Below are positions 9,122 to 17,374 of a stretch of DNA of 64,000 bases, one piece after another (positions within the stretch are counted from its first letter, which is position 1; the number at the start of each line of letters is the position of its first letter). The notes beneath the pieces were generated by a model. The model ran no database searches, had not been told where the DNA came from, and saw nothing but the letters and a program-made list of their open reading frames with translations. The translations under genes were made by a program, and so were the position numbers. This DNA comes from Nannocystis bainbridge (lineage in GTDB: Bacteria; Myxococcota_A; Polyangia; Nannocystales; Nannocystaceae), in NCBI RefSeq assembly GCF_028368995.1, contig NZ_JAQNDL010000003.1, positions 704,001-768,000 of the forward strand, written 5' to 3'.

Positions 9122-12100
9122 ATGACTCCGTTCGAATTGCTCCCGCACGGCGGGCTCGACCAATCGATCCTCATCCCGGTCCTGGTCGGGGTCTACGTCG
9201 CCCTGCTCTTCACCGAGACGTTCGGCTGGGTGTTCGTCGGCCTGGTCGTGCCCGGCTACCTGGCGTCGGTGCTGGCGCTGCAGCCGACCACCGCCGCGGT
9301 GATCGTGCTCGAGGCGATCGTCACCTACCTGCTGGCCCGCGGCCTGGCCTACGCGCTGGCGCCGACCGGCGTGTGGGCGCCGTTCTTCGGCCGCGACCGC
9401 TTCTTCGTGATCGTCCTCGCCAGCGTGCTGGTCCGCCAGCACGACCAGCTGTGGATCTTGCCGGCGCTGTCGTCGTGGCTCGAGCTGCAGATGGGCACCG
9501 AGCTGCCGCCCGTGCGCGAGTTCTACAGCATCGGCCTGGTGCTGGTGCCGCTGACGGCCAACATGCTGTGGAAGCCGGGCCTCTTGCGCGGGCTCGGCCC
9601 GCTCGCGGTCGTCGTCGGCCTGACCTACGCGATCCTCGAGCTGGTCCTGCTGCCGCTGACCAACCTGTCGCTGTCGTCGTTCGAGCTGCTCTACGAGGAC
9701 AGCGCGATCGACTTCCTCGGCCACGCGCGCGCCTACGTGCTGCTGCTGACCACCGCGACGCTGGCCGCCCGCTTCAACCTGCGGTACGGCTGGGACTTCG
9801 GCGGCATCCTCGTGCCGGCGCTGCTCGGCCTGCTGTGGTTCACGCCGATCGAGATGATGGTGACGCTGGCCGAGGCCTGCATCCTGTGGAGCATCACCAA
9901 GCTGCTGCTGCGCTACACCCCGCTGAAGCGCTACAACCTCGAGGGCCCGCGCAAGCTGGCGCTGGTGTTCACCCTCAGCGTCGCGCTCAAGTGGCTGCTG
10001 TCGCTGATCGTCAGCGTCGCCATGCCCGGCGTGCGCGCCCGCGAGCTGTTCGGCTTCGGCTACCTGCTGTCGACCCTGCTGGCGATCCGCATGCTGCCGA
10101 AGAAGGCGACGCGGCGGGTGCTGCTGCCGACCATCACCACCGCGTTCGCCGGGTGGCTGATCGGCAGCGCCCTCGGCCTCGGCCTCGACATCGCCGCGCC
10201 GGTGCCGACCCCGGTGCCGGCCTTCAACCCGCGCAACACCAGCGATCGCCTGCTGCGCAGCGAGGCGGGCGCGCTCGCGCTGGGCCACGTGCGCGCCGAA
10301 CTCGCCCCGCCGCGCCTCGACGCGCCGCCAGCGTCCGCGCTCGTCGCCCACGCTGAGGCCTGGTCGGCGCTGGCCGCATGGATCGCCGCGCCGACCGACG
10401 ACGCGGCCGCGACCGCCCGCGACGCGGCCGCCCGCGCCGACCTCGGCATCCACGCGATGAGCGCCCCGACCGGTCTCTTCCACCATGTCTCTTACGCCAT
10501 CTCACCGATCGAGCGCGGGGTCGTGCACACCAGCTGGCCGTCGGCGCTGGTGGTGCCCGGCGCGAGCGGGCCGGCGATCGTGGTCCCGCGGCCGGTCGCC
10601 GAGGCGCCCGCCGCCGAGGCCGCAGGCCCGCTGTGCGCCGCGCTGGCGTGCCGCCTCGTCCTCGTCGCCGGGCGCGATCAGGTGCCCGGCGTGATCGACA
10701 TGACCTTCTCGGCCGCGCTGGCGCGCCTCGCCCCCGAAGGCGCGGTCGAGCTGCGCGCCGACTTCGACGCCCCGCCCGGACAGCCGCTCGTCCACCTCGA
10801 GGCCGCCGCGCCGATCGGCGCGCCGGCGCTGCAGCCGACCAGCCCGCGCGGCGTGGCCGGCCTGCCGCCGATGGCCGTGGCCGAGGGCGCCCCGCCGCTG
10901 CTGCTCGGCGCCCCGTGGGGCGAGGGCCGCCGCGCCGTGGTGCGCATGCACCCCGAGACGATGCGCGCCAGCCTGCTGCAGGGCGCGCCCGAGATCCGCA
11001 GCGCCCCCGCGCTGATGCCGTGGCTCGCCGAGCAGGTGCGGGCGTGGAGCGAGCGGCCCGACAGCGGCCTGGCCGCGCCGTCGGTCGCCGAGCTGACCTT
11101 CCTCGAGCGCCACGTCGCCGAGCCGCTGATCCACGGCTTCACCGAGGACCGCGCGCTCGCGGCCCGGTTCGCCCGCCTGGTCGACGCCGAGGTGTGGCAG
11201 CTGCGCGACTGCGGCTCGCGCCGGCCGTGCCGCGCCCTCGTGGCCGGCGGCGAGATCCTGGTCCTCGGGACAGGTCCCTCCCGGCTCGTGATCGAGGCCA
11301 TCCGCGTGCCCGAAGAAGCCGGCACCTGGCGCCTCGCCGCCGAGCTGTTCAGCGCCGCCAGCGGCCGCGCGCTGCTGATCGCCATCAGCCGCTCGGGCGC
11401 CGGCATGTCGGCGTTCACCCCGGCGCAGGCGCTGCACCAGGCGCTGTCGGCCGACGAGGCCGGGACCCCGCGCACGATCGTGCAGATCCGCGGCCTCGGG
11501 GCCCGCCCCGGCGCGCCCGCCGACGCGCTGGCGATCGGCCGCCCGCGCGCCGGCATCGGCGAGCTTCCACCTGTCCTCGCGGACATGTTGACCATGTCCG
11601 GCCCGCTGGCGTTCGTGCCGCGCTGGCGCCTGCTCGAGGACGCCCCCGAGCTGGCCGCGCTGGTCGGCGTGCGCGACGCCTTGATCGCCTTCTCGGCCGC
11701 CTTCACCGCCGACGCCGCCGCCATCCTGTGGTTCCCGCCCGCCCTGCGCCGCGTCTACGCGCTCGGCGACCCGTGCCTCGACCTGCGCCGGCTGTCGGCG
11801 CTCGACCTGGTCCCGACCGGCCGCAGCTGCGGCGCGTGGGTCCGCGACGAGGCCGCGCTGGCGCTCGGCGGGGTCGCGCCCGGCGCCCAGGATGCCCGAA
11901 CGGTCATGTCCAAAAAGACAGCTCAGGACGACCCTCCGGCGCGTCGCCAGGCCGCCGAGGCCCGCGCCGCCGCGGCCCGCGCCAAGGCGGGCCCTGGCGT
12001 CACCGTCACCACCACCGCCGACTTCATGGCCGCGCTGGCGCAGGTCGAGGCCTACGCCGAGTCGAACAACCTCCACTGGTTGCGCCTGGTGCTGGCCGAG

Positions 12101-12310
12101 CCGGGCCTGCGCCTGCAAGCCGGGCTCGGGCGCACCACCGGCCGCGGGTTCCTCTCGCTGTGCGAGACCGCGGGCGACCGCCGCTGCGCGATCGTCTGGC
12201 TCGGCCCCGCCCTGGCCGGCCGCACCGTCGTGCCGAGCAAGATGCGCGCGGTCGGCCCCGCCCTGTGGCGGCGCAACCGGACCCTGCTCGTCGACGGGGA
12301 GGAGCGCTGA
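9122..12310 (+). CDS. capC: Poly-gamma-glutamate biosynthesis PgsC/CapC-domain membrane protein (two CapC units plus a long C-terminal extension)
   Basis: ETFGWVFVGLVVPGYLA matches the CapC GLVVPGYLAL signature, followed by 'FGRDRF' and 'SIGLVLVPLTAN'. A second unit reads RYGWDFGGILVPALLG...EGPRK. About 700 aa of soluble tail follow. Confidence 0.8.
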   Translation: MTPFELLPHGGLDQSILIPVLVGVYVALLFTETFGWVFVGLVVPGYLASVLALQPTTAAVIVLEAIVTYLLARGLAYALAPTGVWAPFFGRDRFFVIVLASVLVRQHDQLWILPALSSWLELQMGTELPPVREFYSIGLVLVPLTANMLWKPGLLRGLGPLAVVVGLTYAILELVLLPLTNLSLSSFELLYEDSAIDFLGHARAYVLLLTTATLAARFNLRYGWDFGGILVPALLGLLWFTPIEMMVTLAEACILWSITKLLLRYTPLKRYNLEGPRKLALVFTLSVALKWLLSLIVSVAMPGVRARELFGFGYLLSTLLAIRMLPKKATRRVLLPTITTAFAGWLIGSALGLGLDIAAPVPTPVPAFNPRNTSDRLLRSEAGALALGHVRAELAPPRLDAPPASALVAHAEAWSALAAWIAAPTDDAAATARDAAARADLGIHAMSAPTGLFHHVSYAISPIERGVVHTSWPSALVVPGASGPAIVVPRPVAEAPAAEAAGPLCAALACRLVLVAGRDQVPGVIDMTFSAALARLAPEGAVELRADFDAPPGQPLVHLEAAAPIGAPALQPTSPRGVAGLPPMAVAEGAPPLLLGAPWGEGRRAVVRMHPETMRASLLQGAPEIRSAPALMPWLAEQVRAWSERPDSGLAAPSVAELTFLERHVAEPLIHGFTEDRALAARFARLVDAEVWQLRDCGSRRPCRALVAGGEILVLGTGPSRLVIEAIRVPEEAGTWRLAAELFSAASGRALLIAISRSGAGMSAFTPAQALHQALSADEAGTPRTIVQIRGLGARPGAPADALAIGRPRAGIGELPPVLADMLTMSGPLAFVPRWRLLEDAPELAALVGVRDALIAFSAAFTADAAAILWFPPALRRVYALGDPCLDLRRLSALDLVPTGRSCGAWVRDEAALALGGVAPGAQDARTVMSKKTAQDDPPARRQAAEARAAAARAKAGPGVTVTTTADFMAALAQVEAYAESNNLHWLRLVLAEPGLRLQAGLGRTTGRGFLSLCETAGDRRCAIVWLGPALAGRTVVPSKMRAVGPALWRRNRTLLVDGEER

Positions 12311-15147
12311 TGCAGCCCGATCGCTCGCTGTGGCGGCGCGGCGGCCCGCTCGCCAGCCGTCGCCTCGCCTTGCCGACCCTGGTGGCCCTGCTCACCGCCA
12401 TGGTCCTGGCCGCCCGCGGCCCCGCGGCCGTCGAGGAGGAGGCCGCCGACGACATGTTGACCGCGACCAGCGAGCGCATGATCGCCTACGTCCTGACGCC
12501 CGAGCACGGGCCGCGCTTCCGCCTGCCCGGCGGCCCCGAGTTGGTCCGCGTCACCGCCCACCTGGTGCTCCCGAGCGGCCAGACCTACGTGCCGACCCGC
12601 CGCTACGGGTTCGGCCTCGAGGCGACCTTGCGCGCGCCCAACGGCGAGATCCTGTGGCGGCGCCAGCTCTCCGATCGCACCGACCAGACCAAGGCCGGCC
12701 ACGGCGACGGCGGGTGGATCTACGAGGCCGCGTTCGCGGCCGACCACCGCTACGAGCTGGCCGACAGCGCCGGCCTCGAGCTGTCGCTGCCGAGCTGCCC
12801 GCCCTCCTCCACGCTCGAGCTGCGGCTGTCCCAAGAGACAGGCATCCTCGGCAGCGACGGCAACAAGATCGCCGTCCCGTTCACCAACCCGAGCGCCCTC
12901 GTCCGCGTCCACCGCCGCGTCGACCTCGGGCTCGCCGGCGAGAGCCTGCGCCGCAGCGCCACCCAGGCCGCGCTCGGCAAGGCGCGCCTGGCCGCCTCCA
13001 CCTTCCTCCCCTGGCACGCCCTGCGCGAGGCTCACCGGGCCCACGCCGAGGCCGAGGCGTGGGAGCGCATGCCCGCCGAGGGCCGCGCCGGCGTCGACTA
13101 CCGCGGCGAGAGCGTCTACGTGGCCGCTGGCCCGCCGCCCGCGCCGCCGCCTCCCGAGCCGCCCGCGCTGGCGATCGCCCCCGGTCAGGCGGCGATCGTC
13201 CACCTGCTCGGCCCTGGCACCGCGACCGTGCGCACCCGCGGGACCGCGACGGTCTCGACCGACATGCCGCAGGAGATCGCCGTGCGCACCCGCTGGCTCG
13301 GCCCGTTCCCCGCCGGCCCCGACCCGCTGCCGGCCTCGCCGCCGACCTCGATGCTCTCGATCCCGATCACCGACGCCTGGCAGGAGCAGGCGATCGCTCT
13401 GGCCGCCGGCTGGACCGCGATCGAGCTGTCGACCGCCGTCGGCGCCGCCGACGTCCAGGTGGTCGCCAGCGACGGCGCCCGCCACCCGACCACCGACGAG
13501 GCCGGCGGCGACGCGGCCCGCGAGTCGACCTTCGCCGCCCTGCGCATGCCGGCCGAGACCGAGCGCAGCGGCTGCGCCAACGCCCGCCTGACCTACCGCG
13601 CCGCCTGCACCTTGACGACCCCGCCTCCGCCGCCCTCGGCGCTGATCCCCGTCGACCTGCGGACCTTGCCGCTCTACCGCATCGGCCCCGACGTCGCGCC
13701 GCTGTCGTTCAACCTGATCGGCCCCGAGGACATCTACACCCGGACCCTGCGCTTCGACGTCCGCTCGCTCGGCGTCGTCGCCCCGGTCCGCCTCGGCCTC
13801 GAGTTCCTCGACGCCCGCGGCCACGTCGTCGCCGCCCACGAGCTGCTGGCCGAGCCGACCGGCCTGTCGCTGTTCGAGCGGGCCCGCCCGCCCTCGTCGT
13901 TCTTCGCCGAGTCGGCCGGCGGCGGCGACGACGAGGAGGGCCAGGTCCCGTCGCTGTTGCCCGCGCTCGGCCTCGCTCTGGCCGAGCGGCCCGTCAGCGA
14001 GCCGGTCTCGCTGCGCCTGCTCGCCCCGCCCGAGGCCGTGCGCCTGCAGCTCACCGGCGGCTCGCCGGCGCTGCTCGACGTCCGCACCGTCCTGCCGCCC
14101 CCGGCCGACGAGGTCGGCGGCTCGCCATGGGTCTGGCCTTACGACCAGGTGGTGGTCGACGACGAGCGCTGGCGCTACGCCCCGCGGCGGCGCGACCGGT
14201 GGTTCCCGCTGCGCGCGGAGGACCACGTGCTGCGCCGCGCCGCCGGCCAGGTGATGCCGCTGCAGGCCCAGATCCGCCGCGAATACGAGCCGCCGCGGCC
14301 GACCACCGACGGCCCGTGGATCACCGAGCGCCCGCGCAACGCAGCCCAGCGGCTCGACATCCTCGAGCTGGTGCCGCTGGCGCGCCGCGACGAGACCATC
14401 GCCAACTGGGGCCCCGGCGAGGTCTCCGTGTTGCGCCCCGGCGTGGTCGAGAAGATCGACCTGCGCCGCGGCTTCGCCCGCCCCACGCGCATGCGCTACC
14501 ACGCCATCGGCGCCGGCGTGCGCGCGCTCGGCCAGGACATCGCCCTCCGGATCAACGAAGAGGACGACGACTGGCTCATCACCGCCCGCGCCGAGAGCCG
14601 CCGGATCGCGCGGCCCAAGGGCGGGCTCGTGTCCCTGCTGTGGAACTCCGGACCGGAAGCCGTGCGCCTCCTCGTCAACCGCCCCACCCTGTCCGGCGCG
14701 CCGATCTACACCGCGCGCCAGATCTACCGCCTCGGCGACAACGCCCTCACGATCGACGTGCCCAAGCGCGGCGGCATCGTCGAGGCCCTGCACGTCGTCG
14801 TCTACTGGCTCGAGGGCGCGCCGACCACCGCGACCTCGTTGAAAGTGGCGATCGACGGCGGCGCGCCCAGGCGCCACGGCGCCCGCGGCGTCAACGTCTC
14901 GCAGGCCGAGCACTCGGTGGTCCTGATCCCCGACTCCGGCACCGAGCTGCTGCGGACCGACCGCGACACCCCCGTCCGCGCCCAGCGGACCACCTTCACC
15001 ATCCGCCTCGGCGACGACCTCGCCCCGGGCCGCCACTCCGTCACGTTCCGCCGCGACAGCGGCGCCCCGGTGTGGCTGCGCCTGTTCCGCGAGGCCCCGA
15101 AGAGCCAGGGCGCCGCCCCCGATCTCGAGCTCGGCCATGACGACTGA
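12310..15147 (+). CDS. Large exported or membrane-anchored hypothetical protein in the cap operon (945 aa)
   Basis: TGATG overlap with the upstream gene. N-terminal basic plus hydrophobic segment (RRLALPTLVALLTAMVLAARGP). Beta-rich body with GC3-rich codons. Confidence 0.75.
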   Translation: MQPDRSLWRRGGPLASRRLALPTLVALLTAMVLAARGPAAVEEEAADDMLTATSERMIAYVLTPEHGPRFRLPGGPELVRVTAHLVLPSGQTYVPTRRYGFGLEATLRAPNGEILWRRQLSDRTDQTKAGHGDGGWIYEAAFAADHRYELADSAGLELSLPSCPPSSTLELRLSQETGILGSDGNKIAVPFTNPSALVRVHRRVDLGLAGESLRRSATQAALGKARLAASTFLPWHALREAHRAHAEAEAWERMPAEGRAGVDYRGESVYVAAGPPPAPPPPEPPALAIAPGQAAIVHLLGPGTATVRTRGTATVSTDMPQEIAVRTRWLGPFPAGPDPLPASPPTSMLSIPITDAWQEQAIALAAGWTAIELSTAVGAADVQVVASDGARHPTTDEAGGDAARESTFAALRMPAETERSGCANARLTYRAACTLTTPPPPPSALIPVDLRTLPLYRIGPDVAPLSFNLIGPEDIYTRTLRFDVRSLGVVAPVRLGLEFLDARGHVVAAHELLAEPTGLSLFERARPPSSFFAESAGGGDDEEGQVPSLLPALGLALAERPVSEPVSLRLLAPPEAVRLQLTGGSPALLDVRTVLPPPADEVGGSPWVWPYDQVVVDDERWRYAPRRRDRWFPLRAEDHVLRRAAGQVMPLQAQIRREYEPPRPTTDGPWITERPRNAAQRLDILELVPLARRDETIANWGPGEVSVLRPGVVEKIDLRRGFARPTRMRYHAIGAGVRALGQDIALRINEEDDDWLITARAESRRIARPKGGLVSLLWNSGPEAVRLLVNRPTLSGAPIYTARQIYRLGDNALTIDVPKRGGIVEALHVVVYWLEGAPTTATSLKVAIDGGAPRRHGARGVNVSQAEHSVVLIPDSGTELLRTDRDTPVRAQRTTFTIRLGDDLAPGRHSVTFRRDSGAPVWLRLFREAPKSQGAAPDLELGHDD

Positions 15148-17302
15148 TTCCCCCGATCACCTCATGTCTTATGGGACATGTCCTCATGGGCATGTCTTAA
15201 AAGACACTATTTTGGCCTCCCCGGCCCCCCTCTGTCCTCGCGGCCGCGCGGCCCCGGCGGTTACATGTCCCTCCGGACAGGTCACATCGCCGCCCGCGAA
15301 GCCCCCGGGCGGCCGCTCGCACCTCGCCGCGACGCACGCCCCGGGTCAGCCGATCCCTCTCCCGGCCGCCCGCGCCTATCCCCCCGCCTCGCCCGTCATC
15401 CCGCCCGGAGCCCCGCCCCCGCCCGCTGCGAGCCGGCCCGATCGCGGGTCCGCGTCGACCGCCGCGGGCCAGGGCGACCCGCGCCTCGCCGTGGCCGCGA
15501 CCCTGCTCGACCCGCGGCTCGTGGCCCTGAGCCAGGCGCCGCAGGTCCGCCCGCCCGCCGTCCCCGGGCGGCCCGCGGCGCCGATCGCCCGCCCGCTCGC
15601 CGGCCCCGCAGAACCGCCCGCCGTCCCCACCTGTCCCCCAGGACATCTTAAAAATTCTCCCCCGCGCCCGCCCGCCTATCCCTCGGGACAGCTCGCAAGC
15701 CCCCGCTCGGCGCCCCTCATCGCCAGCCCATCGCCAGGCCTACGGCCCACCTACCCCTCGGGACAGCTCGCCATTACCCCCGCGTCGCCCAGCTCTTGTC
15801 CCGCCCTACAAGCCACCTGTCCCGCGGGACAGCTCGCCCATTCACCCTCCCCGACCGCGAGCCCGTCACTCGCCCTACAAGCCACCTATCCCTCGGGACA
15901 GATCGCCAGCTCGCCTGCGGCCCTGCCGGCAGCGAACCCATCCATCGACCCGCGCTCGCGCCCCGCCGCCCCGCGCCCGCCCGCCGTGCCTGCCCACCCG
16001 GCCCGGGCCGCGCGCCCCCCCGGCCACCCCGCCCAGCTCGCCGCCGGCGGTCCGCTGCAGCCTCCGCTCGCCACCTGTCCCGCGGGCCAGCCCGCCCACC
16101 TCCGCAACACCTGTCCTGAAGGCCAGCCGAGCTCCCCGCTCGCCGACCCGCCGCCGCGCCCGCCGGGCGCGCGCGGCTGGGCCATCGTCCTCGCGCTCTC
16201 GGCCGGCTGCCAGGGCAGCACCTGCGACTGCACCGACCCCGACCGGCCCGGCTGGGGCGCGCGCGCCCTGTTCAAAAATGACCGTACGGACATGCCCCCA
16301 TGGACAGGTCCCGAAGACCAGCCTGCCTCGGCCGCGCTGACCGGCGAGCGCCCGCGTCCGCCGGCCCGGCCGCTCGACGCCTACACCATGATCGACCCGA
16401 CCGAGCTCCGCCAACGGCTGTGGACCGAGCCGCCGCCGCCCTTCTACGTCCCGCCGACCCCCGAGCGCACGGCCGCCTTCGAGGCGCTGATGCGCGGCCT
16501 GCTGGCCACGCCGACCCCCGAGCCCGAGGCGCTCGGCGAGCTCGCCTGGGCCGCCGGTTACGAGGTCCACGCCTGGTACGTCTCCGGCCAGCGCCTGCTC
16601 GCCGCCGTCGAGCCGCGGACCCAGCAGACCGGCGGCGGCGCCTACCTCGTGCGCGTCGACGACGGCCCGGCCGCCGCCGCGCGCCCCGTCATCCTCCAGG
16701 CCCCGCACGCCTTCCACGACCTCGGCACCGAGCGGATCGCCCTCGCCCTGGCCCTGCGCGGCGACGGCTGGCCGCGCGCGCTGTTCGTCAACACCGTCCA
16801 CCGCTACCTCGACACCGACGGCCAGCGCCGCGAACGCGACGGCGCCCCCGCCGACCCCTGCCACAACCCGCAGCATTTATTCTCGGTCGCCACCGCCGCC
16901 GCGCTCGACGCCCTGCCGCGCGTCGAGGTCGTGCAGATCCACGGCTTCAGCGAGGACGACGAACCACTCGGCCCCGCCGCAGTCGTCAGCGCCGGCGACC
17001 GCGTCGCCGCCACCACCCGCACCCGCGAGGTCGCCCAGCGCCTGCGCGGCGGCCTCGGCGTCGAGGTCGCCCTGTTCCCCGACGACCGCACCCGCCTCGG
17101 CGCCACCGCCAACGCCCAGGGCCGGCTGGTCCGCTCCCGCGGCGGCGCGGCCCGCTTCGTCCACATCGAGCTGTCGCACGAGCTGCGGCGGCGGATCCAG
17201 CGCGACGCGCGGGCCCTGGCCAGCCTGGCCGAGGCGCTCCGCCCCGACCCCCGCGACCCCGATGAAACGCTCGGCCTCGGCCCGCCCTCGCGCCCGCTCT
17301 GA
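15137..17302 (+). CDS. Putative zinc hydrolase lipoprotein (PghP/poly-gamma-glutamate hydrolase- or N-formylglutamate amidohydrolase-like) with a ~340-aa low-complexity N-terminal insertion
   Basis: Motifs VILQAPHAFHDLGTE, VQIHGF, NAQG and FVHIELS. Lipobox-like WAIVLALSAGC (Cys codon 16208). Residues ~5-340 are Pro-rich with repeated CPxG(H/Q). The true start is uncertain. Confidence 0.6.
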   Translation: MTTDSPDHLMSYGTCPHGHVLKDTILASPAPLCPRGRAAPAVTCPSGQVTSPPAKPPGGRSHLAATHAPGQPIPLPAARAYPPASPVIPPGAPPPPAASRPDRGSASTAAGQGDPRLAVAATLLDPRLVALSQAPQVRPPAVPGRPAAPIARPLAGPAEPPAVPTCPPGHLKNSPPRPPAYPSGQLASPRSAPLIASPSPGLRPTYPSGQLAITPASPSSCPALQATCPAGQLAHSPSPTASPSLALQATYPSGQIASSPAALPAANPSIDPRSRPAAPRPPAVPAHPARAARPPGHPAQLAAGGPLQPPLATCPAGQPAHLRNTCPEGQPSSPLADPPPRPPGARGWAIVLALSAGCQGSTCDCTDPDRPGWGARALFKNDRTDMPPWTGPEDQPASAALTGERPRPPARPLDAYTMIDPTELRQRLWTEPPPPFYVPPTPERTAAFEALMRGLLATPTPEPEALGELAWAAGYEVHAWYVSGQRLLAAVEPRTQQTGGGAYLVRVDDGPAAAARPVILQAPHAFHDLGTERIALALALRGDGWPRALFVNTVHRYLDTDGQRRERDGAPADPCHNPQHLFSVATAAALDALPRVEVVQIHGFSEDDEPLGPAAVVSAGDRVAATTRTREVAQRLRGGLGVEVALFPDDRTRLGATANAQGRLVRSRGGAARFVHIELSHELRRRIQRDARALASLAEALRPDPRDPDETLGLGPPSRPL

Positions 17303-17374
17303 CCTGTCCTTCGCGACATTTCCCTCGGGACATGTCGCGCGTCGCTCTCGGCCCCTCCCCCGCAGGAGCACCCC

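Noticed and set aside
10378-12309. N-terminal extensions of the ORFs listed as 10378-15147, 21172-27336 and 26501-28558
   Set aside because: These extensions overlap real upstream genes and read as Arg/Pro noise. Coupled or plausible starts exist at 12310, 22771 and 27380.
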